A stretch of 39,330 nt of DNA from a virus (IMGVR_UViG_3300043409_001052:1-39330); one strand, 5' to 3'. Numbered from the stretch's first letter, positions 8,271 to 17,842 are shown. A program made the numbers and translations. The notes: generated by a model not told the origin, from the sequence alone.

Positions 8271-9124
8271 TTATCGCCGATACATTTATGCCACATGGAT
8301 ATAAGCCGATGCTGTGCAACGAATACGATGGGCGCGATTTGAAAGGTTACGTTGCAGAGCCTAAGTATGACGGAATACGTTGCGTTGCCATACATGATTG
8401 CATCAATCGAACCACACGTCTTTTAACTAGGTCTGGTAACATCATCTATTCTTGCGCTCATATTGAAGCCGCAATCAACAATTCAACTGGCCTTCCAAAT
8501 CATGGCATCATAGTACTTGATGGAGAGCTATGGACTCCCACGTTGTCATTTGATGAGATTAACGGAGCGGTCAGAGCCATAATGCACAGCCCTTATTCAG
8601 CAGAGATTGGTCTACGCGTGTTTGATATGGTCCATTGGATTAACGGAGCGTGGAATAATAAAGACACTTACATTCGTAGGAAATATTTACTGTCAAAAAG
8701 CATTGTTGATACATCCACGTTGTCGGTTGTTGGCAGCGAACCTGCGGATGGGGCGTACGAACGAGCCGTAGCCAATGGATACGAGGGGGTTATTTATAAA
8801 CGAGCCAATTCAAAGTACAAGTTTGGGCGCACAATTGATTGGATGAAGCGAAAGCCAGTCATGACAGACACATTTGTTGTCGAGTTTTTCACGGAGGGTG
8901 ATGGAAAATTTAAGGATTCACTTGGAACTATTAACTGCTCGCATTGCGGTTCGCTCAATATAAACAAAGGCATTCATTTAGTAGGCACAGGATTTGACGA
9001 CGCAACGAGGCAAGAGTTATGGAACAATCGGAACAACTTAATCGGACAAAAGATTGAGGTTGCTTTCCAGTCAATTACCGAGGATGGTCGGCTAAGATTT
9101 CCTTCATTCAAACGCTTTATCTAA
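8267..9124 (+). CDS. Minimal ATP-dependent DNA ligase
   Basis: EPKYDGIRC, VLDGEL, VFDM, EGVIYK, WMKRKP, VGTGF, LRFPSF motifs. Confidence 0.95.
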   Translation: MIIADTFMPHGYKPMLCNEYDGRDLKGYVAEPKYDGIRCVAIHDCINRTTRLLTRSGNIIYSCAHIEAAINNSTGLPNHGIIVLDGELWTPTLSFDEINGAVRAIMHSPYSAEIGLRVFDMVHWINGAWNNKDTYIRRKYLLSKSIVDTSTLSVVGSEPADGAYERAVANGYEGVIYKRANSKYKFGRTIDWMKRKPVMTDTFVVEFFTEGDGKFKDSLGTINCSHCGSLNINKGIHLVGTGFDDATRQELWNNRNNLIGQKIEVAFQSITEDGRLRFPSFKRFI

Positions 9125-9128
9125 CACC

Positions 9129-9584
9129 ATGACCGACCTATCTTTATATCTATCTGCCGCCGCTATTGCCGCACTACCCCTTAACATGACTACTAAAGAA
9201 GCCGCTGACTGGAAGTTCCTCAAAGCCGTTGCACTCGTTGAATCGGGTGACAAGTACAATACCATCGGCGACGGTGGACGAGCATTGGGCAAGTATCAGA
9301 TGCACGTCAGCGCATGGGTTGATGGCAACACTTGGCTTAAGGCCAATGGTCGTAAGACATGGACTCGTAGCTCCTGGCTTAACCCTAAGGCACAAGACCA
9401 AGTTGCCTACGGATTTTTACAAGCAACCAAGGAACGTTTAATCAGAGGTGGCCATGAGGCTGATCCAATTACTATTTATCTTGTATACTCAATGGGCTAC
9501 CAAGGATGGAAGGACGCTGGGAGAATGATACCTGTTGACAAAGCCGATGGGGCTGTCAGAGTTGCCAACCTATTCGCACAATGA
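9129..9584 (+). CDS. Lysozyme-like / lytic transglycosylase fold protein
   Basis: AVALVESG...GDGGRALGKYQM catalytic Glu motif; hydrophobic Ala-rich N-terminus. Confidence 0.75.
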   Translation: MTDLSLYLSAAAIAALPLNMTTKEAADWKFLKAVALVESGDKYNTIGDGGRALGKYQMHVSAWVDGNTWLKANGRKTWTRSSWLNPKAQDQVAYGFLQATKERLIRGGHEADPITIYLVYSMGYQGWKDAGRMIPVDKADGAVRVANLFAQ

Positions 9585-10078
9585 GCGCCTTAAATGTAAA
9601 CAACGTTGGCCATGATGAGTGGTTAACCCCTAAGTATATAACTGATGCGCTTGGGCCTTTTGATTTAGATCCATGTTCCCCAATCAATAGACCATGGTCC
9701 ACTGCCAGCACTCATTTAACTATTTTAGATGACGGACTGGCAACACCATGGAATGATGGAGTTGTTTGGATGAATCCTCCATATGGACGTGAGACTCCTA
9801 AATGGATTCGCAAGATGAGAGAACACAACAACGGTATAGCTCTTATTTTTGCACGAACAGATACAAAGATGTGGTTTGATGATGTGTTTCCTCATGCTAG
9901 GTCATTGCTGTTTATCCAAAAGAGAATTAAGTTTTTCAATGTTGATGGAACGGAAGCACCGTCATCTGGTGGCGCACCAAGTGTTATTGTTGCTTACGGA
10001 GACGAGGCAAATGCTCGTTTGATTTCAGCATCAATTTCCAAAAGCATTAAAGGTCAATTTATCCCATTAAACAAATGA
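9581..10078 (+). CDS. Phage Dam-family N6-adenine DNA methyltransferase
   Basis: DEWLTP, FDLDPCS, VWMNPPYG, FARTDT.WF, RIKF motifs. Confidence 0.9.
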   Translation: MSALNVNNVGHDEWLTPKYITDALGPFDLDPCSPINRPWSTASTHLTILDDGLATPWNDGVVWMNPPYGRETPKWIRKMREHNNGIALIFARTDTKMWFDDVFPHARSLLFIQKRIKFFNVDGTEAPSSGGAPSVIVAYGDEANARLISASISKSIKGQFIPLNK

Positions 10079-10284
10079 GTTCTTACACTACACCAGTTTT
10101 TGCACCAGTTGTTGTTCCTATTCCAACGGACAATGGTTCTTGGAAAGTACACGCAAAACATTGTCCAGAATGTCGTTTAATTTATGAAGAAGAAACAAAA
10201 CTACAAAATCAGATTTTTGCCATTGCGTTTGTGTTGGTAGTTGCTGGTTTTATTTTTCTTTACTTTAAAACAAAAGATTTATGA
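10075..10284 (+). CDS. Small membrane protein
   Basis: C-terminal TM segment; HCPEC motif; ATGA overlaps on both sides. Confidence 0.65.
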   Translation: MSSYTTPVFAPVVVPIPTDNGSWKVHAKHCPECRLIYEEETKLQNQIFAIAFVLVVAGFIFLYFKTKDL

Positions 10285-10730
10285 GTTCCTACATCTCTAT
10301 CGACCCTGGTGCTAAAGGGGCAATCGCTTGCTTCTCTTGTACTGCTCCAGAAGGCGTGAGCATCATGTCGCTATCAGACCCTCCTCAGTTGTCAGACTTT
10401 GCAGAGTTTAGCCCTACCCATTACACGGCAATCATCGAGGAGATTCCAATGGGAGGATGGGGTCCTATACCACAGTCGACAGTTGCCAAGCTTCACCAAG
10501 GCTATGGCCGTATCCTAGGTATTCTAGAGGTACGCGGCTTCCGTATCATACGCGTCCGTCCGCAAGAATGGCAGAAGACTATCGGCGCTGGCAAGAAGCG
10601 CGATCACGGTAAGGACTGGAAGAAACACTTGGCCCAAATTGCCAAAGACAGGTTCCCCACCGTAGAGTTCAAGCAAGAACAAGCCGACGCTCTCTTGCTG
10701 CTTGACCACGCCAGACAACTTAACCTATAA
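10281..10730 (+). CDS. RuvC-like Holliday junction resolvase
   Basis: ISIDPG..GAIA, IIEE, VRPQEWQK, ADALLL. Confidence 0.85.
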   Translation: MSSYISIDPGAKGAIACFSCTAPEGVSIMSLSDPPQLSDFAEFSPTHYTAIIEEIPMGGWGPIPQSTVAKLHQGYGRILGILEVRGFRIIRVRPQEWQKTIGAGKKRDHGKDWKKHLAQIAKDRFPTVEFKQEQADALLLLDHARQLNL

Positions 10731-10737
10731 TACAACC

Positions 10738-10881
10738 ATGAATTACAAAACATTAGAAAACGTTAAAACTTACATCGAAATGATGGAGCAAGAAGAATAC
10801 AAAGCAGGTCACTATAAGCTTGCTGCTGATCTTCGTAGGCTTCTTAATCTCCTTGAAGAAACCAAACCAACTAACAAATAA
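10738..10881 (+). CDS. 47-aa hypothetical protein (not in ORF track)
   Basis: MNYKTLENVKTYIEMMEQEEYKAGHYKLAADLRRLLNLLEETKPTNK; leader TAATACAACC identical to that of the next gene. Confidence 0.65.
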   Translation: MNYKTLENVKTYIEMMEQEEYKAGHYKLAADLRRLLNLLEETKPTNK

Positions 10882-10888
10882 TACAACC

Positions 10889-11080
10889 ATGAACGAACAA
10901 AACGACGTACAACAAAAACTCGACGCTCTCATGTCTGACGAGAGTCTATCAAAAACTGATCGGCAAATTATTCTTGCTGCTCTGCTTTTGAATGATGCTA
11001 TCAACGACATGATTGCAGACAAGAAACCCGACAAACAAGTAAGCGACTTCTGGAACAGTAGCCGCTTCATGCAAAACTAA
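10889..11080 (+). CDS. Hypothetical protein (start MNEQ at 10889)
   Basis: Leader TAATACAACCATG. Confidence 0.65.
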   Translation: MNEQNDVQQKLDALMSDESLSKTDRQIILAALLLNDAINDMIADKKPDKQVSDFWNSSRFMQN

Positions 11081-11101
11081 TAACAACTAACGCCACCCAA
11101 T

Positions 11102-11521
11102 ATGAAACTTAATAATGAATCAAGAACCACCAGAGGACTACCAGGAACTCCATCAGAGAGTCCAGTCAGCCCTAGCCCATCCATGCATCGGAGAGTCCGA
11201 CAAGCGGGACCTTCGATACCTGTACGGATCAATGCTAATGATGGCGGCGGCCGTAAAGCTGTTGTTGGACGACGTGGGCGCGTAAAAGGATACAAGCGTC
11301 CACCGCTTAAACTGATCCCTTACTTCCCTTCGCGTAAGTTAATCCAGCGCATCGGTACTACTCGCTACGTCATCTCAGAAGACGGCACGGTTTATTCCAT
11401 GCTCAAGCCGACGATCACTGGCTGGAAAGTTAAGAAGAAAAGTTACAACATTGTTGTTGACGGCGTGATTCGCCGCTATACACAAGAGGAAATCAATAAC
11501 CTCTTAACGCTATCCAAATGA
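11102..11521 (+). CDS. Hypothetical basic protein with NUMOD4-like segment
   Basis: RYVISEDGTVYSMLKP; no HNH motif follows. Confidence 0.5.
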   Translation: MKLNNESRTTRGLPGTPSESPVSPSPSMHRRVRQAGPSIPVRINANDGGGRKAVVGRRGRVKGYKRPPLKLIPYFPSRKLIQRIGTTRYVISEDGTVYSMLKPTITGWKVKKKSYNIVVDGVIRRYTQEEINNLLTLSK

Positions 11522-12225
11522 GCAACGAAATCCAACCAGTCCCTCAAGCACTCTCGCTTGAGTTGTATGATAAAATGTCTGACCCGATGGAAGCCATCAA
11601 GACTCTTGGCGCGGCTATCTTTAAGTCTGGTATGTTTGGATGCACCAAGACGGAACAAGGCGAAGTGTTGGCCATGCAGTGTTTGGCTGAGCGCAAGCCG
11701 CCTCTTGAGATTGCTAAGACCTATCACTTCATCAACGGCAAACTGTCTATCAAGTCTGACGCATTGCTTGGTAAGTTCTTAATTGCTGGTGGATCAGTCC
11801 AATGGGGTGAGCGCACGGCTACCAAGGTTGTCGGCACGTTCTCCAAGGGTGGAAGCAGTGTAGTTATTACGGCCACTATGGACGAGTTCATTGCCAACGG
11901 AGTTGCCACTGGCAACAACAAGGAGACATGGCGCAAGTACCCTAGGCAGATGCTTACGGCTCGCGCTATCTCCGAGGGCGTACGCCTGGTTGGTCCAGAC
12001 TGTTGCTTTGGTTTATACACGGCAGAGGAGATGGATCAGAAGGTCACTCGCCGTCCAGGATCTATTATCGACATCGTACCCCCAGGCAAAACCGAGACAG
12101 CCGTAAAGCTTTTGGTCAGCGCTGGTATGCTTGAGGAAGGTCAGCAACTTTCAGACTTGTCAGCACTCGATGAGGAGTCTATCTTAAAGAAGCCACAAGC
12201 TTTCATTGAAGCCATTAACAAATAA
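11518..12225 (+). CDS. RecT/Red-beta-like single-strand annealing protein
   Basis: TWRKYPRQML.ARAIS..VR...PD...GLYTAEEM. Confidence 0.8.
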   Translation: MSNEIQPVPQALSLELYDKMSDPMEAIKTLGAAIFKSGMFGCTKTEQGEVLAMQCLAERKPPLEIAKTYHFINGKLSIKSDALLGKFLIAGGSVQWGERTATKVVGTFSKGGSSVVITATMDEFIANGVATGNNKETWRKYPRQMLTARAISEGVRLVGPDCCFGLYTAEEMDQKVTRRPGSIIDIVPPGKTETAVKLLVSAGMLEEGQQLSDLSALDEESILKKPQAFIEAINK

Positions 12226-12229
12226 TCTT

Positions 12230-12565
12230 ATGTCCCAAATCCTAAAAACACACTACCTATGCTACTCAGCCGTCGGCTCAGTCGCGCAAACAGGTCAAAT
12301 CCTAGAGCGTCTTTCCGACGTTGCTTACCTTGTTGAAGTTAAAACTCAGCACGGTGAGGACGTTAATACGTTCTTCCGCGTGGCTTCGCTTAGCGAGATT
12401 GCATCATGGCGCTTGTACTCCAAGCAGTACCATATGGATAACGCCGTTGAAGAAATCACAGAAGCGTACAACCTTCGCGTTGAAGCCGAGAAGGAAGCCG
12501 CCGACAAAGCCGCTGCCGAAACTGTCAGCGACGAAGCTAACGAAATTAAACCCGACCAGAACTAA
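12230..12565 (+). CDS. Hypothetical protein (start MSQIL at 12230)
   Basis: Tiles between the annealing protein and the exonuclease; acidic tail. Confidence 0.65.
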   Translation: MSQILKTHYLCYSAVGSVAQTGQILERLSDVAYLVEVKTQHGEDVNTFFRVASLSEIASWRLYSKQYHMDNAVEEITEAYNLRVEAEKEAADKAAAETVSDEANEIKPDQN

Positions 12566-12566
12566 T

Positions 12567-13340
12567 ATGGATAACTATAAAGACATTAAAGCACTTAACT
12601 ATTCTGGCGCTAAGCAGATCCTTAAGTCACCTGCTCACTTCCAGGCTTCATTGCTTGAGGAGCGTAAGGACAGCCCTGCACTTAAGTTCGGTCGTCTCGT
12701 TCACTTGGCCTTACTCTTACCGCGCGAGTTTGTACGCATTGTAAAGATTAAGCCAGACCTCGATGGTCGTACCACCGAAGGCAAGGCAGCAAAGAAAGCG
12801 TTTGAGGAATCCCTGGTCGAAGGCGATGAGATCGTTGACCAAGAGATGTATGATGTCATTAACGACATCACCGAGAGCGCCGAGATTGCTGTAGCTAGCC
12901 TTGGCATCGACGCGGCAACCTGGATCACCGAGACTCCGTACTCCATGGAGTACAACGGTGTAGCCATTAAGGGTCGGCCAGACTTGATTACCAAAATCAA
13001 TGGAGAGCTAGTAGTCGTTGACCTTAAGACCTGTATGGACGCAAGCCCAGCAGAGTTTGCGCGCACAGTCCACAACTTCAAATACCATATGCAAGCAGCT
13101 TGGTACTTGAAACTGACTGGCGCTAAGAAGTTTATCTTCGTGGCAGTTGAGAAGGAATACCCCTATGCCTTCCGAGTGTATCAACTGGACGAAGCTTCGA
13201 TTTCTGAGGGTCAAAAGCTAATGGATGAATCCGTGCTTATCTATAATAATAGCACCAAGTTTAATTCTTGGCCTTCATACACAAAAGACTTGACGGAGCT
13301 ATCTTTGCCCCGCTATGCTTTCACTTCAACTAACCAATAA
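12567..13340 (+). CDS. RecE/exonuclease VIII-like PD-(D/E)XK nuclease (start MDNYK at 12567)
   Basis: LNYSGAK.ILKSPAHF, G.LVH, KGRPDLI, VVDLKT, YHMQAAWY, FIFVAVEK. Confidence 0.88.
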   Translation: MDNYKDIKALNYSGAKQILKSPAHFQASLLEERKDSPALKFGRLVHLALLLPREFVRIVKIKPDLDGRTTEGKAAKKAFEESLVEGDEIVDQEMYDVINDITESAEIAVASLGIDAATWITETPYSMEYNGVAIKGRPDLITKINGELVVVDLKTCMDASPAEFARTVHNFKYHMQAAWYLKLTGAKKFIFVAVEKEYPYAFRVYQLDEASISEGQKLMDESVLIYNNSTKFNSWPSYTKDLTELSLPRYAFTSTNQ

Positions 13341-13360
13341 CCAAATAACCAAACACTACC

Positions 13361-13807
13361 ATGTCGTTTAAGTTCAATCCCAATGCCGCTGAAGAACGCA
13401 AGTTCGTTAGCAAACCAGGCACTTATGATGTCACCGTTCAGTCGGTTGAGTATAAGTATATGCCACCATCCGCTGACTTCTATGCGAAGTTCACGCTGAT
13501 CACCGCCGACGGCGAAGTGACTAGCGCGGACATCTTCTTGAAGCCAGAGCGCAACGGTGAGTACGGCCGTCTCAACCAGTTCGTTGCCTCAACCTCAACC
13601 GATGCAGAAGTCAAAGCGCTTCTCGCGCGCGGTGAGTTTGATGTCGACGAGGAGTTCGTCCGTCTTGTCGCTGACCGTGCTGTTGGTCGCAACCTCAAGG
13701 TTGTGGTCACAGAGCGTGAGTATAATAAGAAAGACGGTAGCAAGGGTGTTGCCTACAACGGCAGCTTCTTCCGCCGACTTGCCTCTGGACCAGTACAACC
13801 GTTCTGA
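13361..13807 (+). CDS. Putative single-stranded DNA-binding protein (DUF669-like)
   Basis: PGTYDVTV N-terminus, beta-rich, ends in PF, located in the recombination module. Confidence 0.6.
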   Translation: MSFKFNPNAAEERKFVSKPGTYDVTVQSVEYKYMPPSADFYAKFTLITADGEVTSADIFLKPERNGEYGRLNQFVASTSTDAEVKALLARGEFDVDEEFVRLVADRAVGRNLKVVVTEREYNKKDGSKGVAYNGSFFRRLASGPVQPF

Positions 13808-13833
13808 TTAAACTGAGCGCCGCCACCTCGCTC

Positions 13834-15291
13834 ATGGAAGTCAAACTCAGAGATTACCAGGAGACCGCTGTAGATGCGTGTCTCCTTTTTCTTTCCCAAA
13901 AGGTTAACCCGCTACTGGTTGCTCCGACTGGTGCGGGCAAAACCGTTATCGCCGCGTCGATCATGAAGAAGTGGCAAGACGAGCATGGTCATCCCGTGTT
14001 CTTCTTTGCCCATAGGCGCGAGTTGATTAAGCAAGCCGAGGACATGATGGAAGCATTCGGCATTGTCGGTAAGGTTTACTCGGTGTTCCAACAGGACTAC
14101 GAGGTAAACATTGAGGACGTTAAGCATTCGTTATGTGTATTTGACGAGGCTCACCACGCTGTCGCTAGCTGTTGGCTACGCGCACAGCATTACTTTCAAG
14201 GTCCTAAGGTTGCTATCACTGCAACGCCAGACCGCATGGACAAGCAGGAGTTGGACAAGGCTGGGTTTACCCTGTGCCATGAGATCGCCATACGTAAGCT
14301 AATAGACGATGGCCACCTAGTACGCCCTATGGCTCAGAAGCTTGGCGTCTTTATTTGCGACAACATCCTAGCCAGCCGTGACGATGCTATTGAGCAGGTT
14401 GCCAAGTGCGTTATAGACGAGTTGGCTCGGTATGACCGCAAGCGTACGATGGTATTCTTGCCAGACGTCAGCACGTCCGAGTCGTTTAACATTGCCCTTA
14501 GGAAGCTTGGCATGAACTCGGCTCACTTGGACGGTGGATCTGGTAAGCTACGCGAGATAACCGTTAAGAAGTTTAAGGCTGGTGAGATTGACATCCTTTG
14601 TAACGTCCAGCTATTCACCGAAGGCTTTGACTGCCCAGAGATTGATTGCGTAGTCCTATTACGCGAGACCAAGAGCCGCGCGCTATGGTCACAGATGATT
14701 GGCCGTGGCTTACGTAAGTCTCCAGGAAAGACTGATTGCCTTATTCTAGACCCTATGTGGGTGTCGGGTATCCATAGCCTATGCCCAGCCGACGCCTTTA
14801 CCACCCATGAGGATTCCTTATGCAAGCCATCACTTGGCCTATCTAACCCACTGGATGAGGCTATGGTTGAGGACAGGAACAGGGAAGAAGACTTCCTCAA
14901 GCGACTCAAGGCTGCCGAAGATGCTAAGGAGGCTAAGTATGCCAAGGAGCGCGGTCTAATTGACCTATCGGTTGCTAAGCCATTGCTTGGTCTTACACCC
15001 CCACCTATAGAAGAAGGTGACGAGCTATGCAATGAGATCCAGGCCAAGCAACTGGAGAAGTATAACCTTTATATCCCTAAGTCCATAACCTCGATCCAGG
15101 CGGACTGGCTTATACATACCATGCGCGAGCGTCAACAACGCGGCATGGCATCCTTGAAACAGGTACGGAAGCTACGGCAGTTCGGACACAGGAACGCCGC
15201 ATATTATACATTGACACAAGCAAGTAAGGCCATAGGGTCTGATTGGCGGATCGCAGGTGGGACTCGCTACAAAAAAGTTTTTAACAAATGA
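13834..15291 (+). CDS. Superfamily 2 helicase
   Basis: LRDYQ, PTGAGKT, DEAHH, TATP, TEGFD, QMIGRGLR. Confidence 0.93.
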   Translation: MEVKLRDYQETAVDACLLFLSQKVNPLLVAPTGAGKTVIAASIMKKWQDEHGHPVFFFAHRRELIKQAEDMMEAFGIVGKVYSVFQQDYEVNIEDVKHSLCVFDEAHHAVASCWLRAQHYFQGPKVAITATPDRMDKQELDKAGFTLCHEIAIRKLIDDGHLVRPMAQKLGVFICDNILASRDDAIEQVAKCVIDELARYDRKRTMVFLPDVSTSESFNIALRKLGMNSAHLDGGSGKLREITVKKFKAGEIDILCNVQLFTEGFDCPEIDCVVLLRETKSRALWSQMIGRGLRKSPGKTDCLILDPMWVSGIHSLCPADAFTTHEDSLCKPSLGLSNPLDEAMVEDRNREEDFLKRLKAAEDAKEAKYAKERGLIDLSVAKPLLGLTPPPIEEGDELCNEIQAKQLEKYNLYIPKSITSIQADWLIHTMRERQQRGMASLKQVRKLRQFGHRNAAYYTLTQASKAIGSDWRIAGGTRYKKVFNK

Positions 15292-15893
15292 ACAAAAAAC
15301 ATATCATAGGTATATCGGGCTATGCCCGCTCTGGCAAAGACACGCTGGCCGACGCCTTGATGACAGAGTTCTGTCACCGAGATGTTTGCGCTAGTAAGCT
15401 TAAGTTCGCTGGCATTCTTAAGAAAGCGATTGCTCGCTCTCTTGATACTGTCGAGCTTGCGTTCTCTGTGGACACCGAGAACACCGAAGACAAGACGGCT
15501 ATCCGCCCCCTCATGGTAGAGTTCGGCAAGTTCTGTCGTAGCCGAGACAAGGACATTTTCGCCAAGCGTACGGTTGATAACGTAGAGTACATGATGCGCA
15601 TTGGTTCACAGGTAGTTATTGTACCAGACCTGCGCTACGAGAACGAAGGCGAGCTGTTGCATGAGTGCGCTAAGCGTAATGGATTTGGGTATCACCATGT
15701 TGACATTGACCGCAGGGGTACATTCGCAGCTAACCAGGAGGAACTGGATAGCATCGAAGCGTTGCTTGACGCGTCGTACAGAGAAGCATGGTTCTATGGG
15801 ATCTCTTTCTCTGACCGTGACATTGCTGGCATATCTATGTGGGCAGCAGCCATGGCCGACAACCTGGTGCACAACCGAGAACATACCAAATGA
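15288..15893 (+). CDS. Deoxynucleoside monophosphate kinase-like P-loop protein
   Basis: IIGISGYARSGKDT, KFA..LK, VPDLRYENE. Confidence 0.82.
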   Translation: MNKKHIIGISGYARSGKDTLADALMTEFCHRDVCASKLKFAGILKKAIARSLDTVELAFSVDTENTEDKTAIRPLMVEFGKFCRSRDKDIFAKRTVDNVEYMMRIGSQVVIVPDLRYENEGELLHECAKRNGFGYHHVDIDRRGTFAANQEELDSIEALLDASYREAWFYGISFSDRDIAGISMWAAAMADNLVHNREHTK

Positions 15894-16123
15894 GCGAAGG
15901 AACCGTAGAGATACCTATCGAAGTATGGGAGCATTGCCAGCGGGATGCAGAGCGTATGGCATACTTGCATAAGGAGTGTATTAAACTCCAATCCGAGAAC
16001 GAGCGACTGCGTGACGCTGGCGATGAGCTTTATCTTATTTGCCAAGTGTTGACTAAAGATAAATCAGAGATTGCTCGCAAGGGTTGGTATAACGCTAAGA
16101 AGGAAGGAAGGGACGCAAAGTGA
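15890..16123 (+). CDS. Hypothetical protein (start MSEG at 15890)
   Basis: ATGA overlap; short coiled coil. Confidence 0.6.
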   Translation: MSEGTVEIPIEVWEHCQRDAERMAYLHKECIKLQSENERLRDAGDELYLICQVLTKDKSEIARKGWYNAKKEGRDAK

Positions 16124-16193
16124 GCGACGCTAAACCTAAAGACGATGCGTTAAGCATTTGGTACGAGATTAAAAACGGCAAGGGGCTACGCTA

Positions 16194-16397
16194 ATGGATC
16201 ACGACCAACATCTATTCGAGAAGCATCACCGCAAATGCCCTATCCGTCACGGTGGTGCAGCTTGTAAGTGTTCCGAGATTTATACGCCTCCGACTATTTC
16301 TCGCTACCAACGACAACTTATGAAAGAAGCAAAAGAAAGGTCTGATACCTCAAGCACTTACTACGACGCTAGGAAAGACAAGAGGCTACGCAAATGA
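16194..16397 (+). CDS. Hypothetical His/Cys-rich protein
   Basis: HHRKCPIRHGGAACKC; tiles the operon. Confidence 0.55.
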   Translation: MDHDQHLFEKHHRKCPIRHGGAACKCSEIYTPPTISRYQRQLMKEAKERSDTSSTYYDARKDKRLRK

Positions 16398-16633
16398 GCC
16401 TTTGGAAAATTGGCATTTTTATAATGATAACGATATGGTGCGTATTCTTTATAATTATTTTTGGTACACTATTTTTTAGTTTATTGTTAGAGTCTTGCGA
16501 ACATACATTTGATAAAAACCTGCCAAAAATTGAGCGTCTTATAAACGGGTTTTGTTTCTTTTGTTTCTCTGCAATGCTCGTGTCTCTCATATTGATTGGC
16601 ATTTCATTATTCAAAGGAGACTTAACTTTATGA
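16394..16633 (+). CDS. AT-rich two-TM membrane protein
   Basis: Two hydrophobic segments; ATGA overlaps on both sides. Confidence 0.6.
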   Translation: MSLWKIGIFIMITIWCVFFIIIFGTLFFSLLLESCEHTFDKNLPKIERLINGFCFFCFSAMLVSLILIGISLFKGDLTL

Positions 16634-17376
16634 ACAAAGAAACACGCATCGTCGTCATGGGCGACAACCACGGCAACCACGGCGACAAAGATACGCTTAA
16701 GGCGATTCTGGAGTTTTGCTCCGATTTCAAACCGCATCACCGTGTTCATTTGGGCGATAATTTTGATTATGCTGCGTTGCGCAAGGGCGTATCGTCTCAT
16801 GACAAAGAGGCAAGTTGGGCAGTACTTAAGGACGATATGGAGCAGGGGTCAGATTGGTTAGCCAAGTACAGACCGACGCACTTCCTCATGGGAAATCATG
16901 ACTGGCGCGTACGTGATGCCATGTACAACACGGACAGCATTACCAAGTTAGATGCCCTCAAGGACGTTGAGCTAGCAATGTCCAAGGCTATTCGCAATTC
17001 TGGGTGCAAGGTCATCAAGCCATACACGGTACAAGAAGGGTTCATTGACATTGGCCCTATGACATTTACCCACGGGTTCTTCCACGGGAATGACGCTATC
17101 CTTAAGATGGCGCACAGGTTCAACAGCGGTCCAGGGCATGGCCTAGTAATGGGTCACCTGCACCGTGCAGAGCAGCACAACCTAGAGCGACGCGGTGGCG
17201 GGGCTGTGTGGATATGCGGCTGTGCTTGCGACACTAACCTTCAATACGCCGAGCGCCGTCCATCTACCCTGCGCTGGCAAAACAGCTTCATGGCCTTTAT
17301 TGTCAAGGATGAGCATTACATTGGACGCCAAGCTCACAAGTTTAACAACGAATGGATCATGCCGTTTTCAACATGA
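16630..17376 (+). CDS. Calcineurin-like metallophosphoesterase (start MNKE at 16630)
   Basis: GDNHG, LGDNFD, GNHD, THG, GHLH motifs. Confidence 0.9.
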   Translation: MNKETRIVVMGDNHGNHGDKDTLKAILEFCSDFKPHHRVHLGDNFDYAALRKGVSSHDKEASWAVLKDDMEQGSDWLAKYRPTHFLMGNHDWRVRDAMYNTDSITKLDALKDVELAMSKAIRNSGCKVIKPYTVQEGFIDIGPMTFTHGFFHGNDAILKMAHRFNSGPGHGLVMGHLHRAEQHNLERRGGGAVWICGCACDTNLQYAERRPSTLRWQNSFMAFIVKDEHYIGRQAHKFNNEWIMPFST

Positions 17377-17603
17377 AGAACGCGGACGAGTTATTCCTTA
17401 ATCTGCGCTCTGCTTATAGTAGCATTACTCTTGAGCCTCCTGCTGGTTATAAGACTACGGCTGAGTTGTCTAAGCTATGGAAACTGTCTCCAACAAGAAC
17501 AAGTCAAATTATAAACCGAGCAATCAAAGATAAGATATTGACACGGATTAAAGTCATGCGTAATTCAAGACTTGTACCTTACTACGGTAAGCCCAAAAAA
17601 TGA
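17373..17603 (+). CDS. Small winged-HTH DNA-binding protein
   Basis: TTAELSKLWKLSPTRTSQII followed by a beta wing. Confidence 0.6.
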   Translation: MKNADELFLNLRSAYSSITLEPPAGYKTTAELSKLWKLSPTRTSQIINRAIKDKILTRIKVMRNSRLVPYYGKPKK

Positions 17604-17842
17604 GCAAAGACTACATCCGCGTAGAACCAGCAGAGTTCTATGACACGGCGATTGTTAAGGAAGCCAAGGATGGTAAGCTTACTTACTCATACCATTTATT
17701 AGCTCGTAGCGTTATGGAAGAATATGGCTACGAAGACATCGACATGGAGCAGGCGTACGAATGGGTAGATTATAACATTTTACCATTGCAAGGTGTAGGC
17801 GGAGGCTTCAACGTCAGCTACTCAAACAAACACGCCACATGA
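17600..17842 (+). CDS. Hypothetical acidic protein
   Basis: EQAYEWVDYNI motif; ATGA overlaps. Confidence 0.7.
   Translation: MSKDYIRVEPAEFYDTAIVKEAKDGKLTYSYHLLARSVMEEYGYEDIDMEQAYEWVDYNILPLQGVGGGFNVSYSNKHAT

Noticed and set aside
16120-16194. 24-codon GTG-start ORF bridging two genes
   Set aside because: Overlap pattern is suggestive, but it is too short to support from sequence alone
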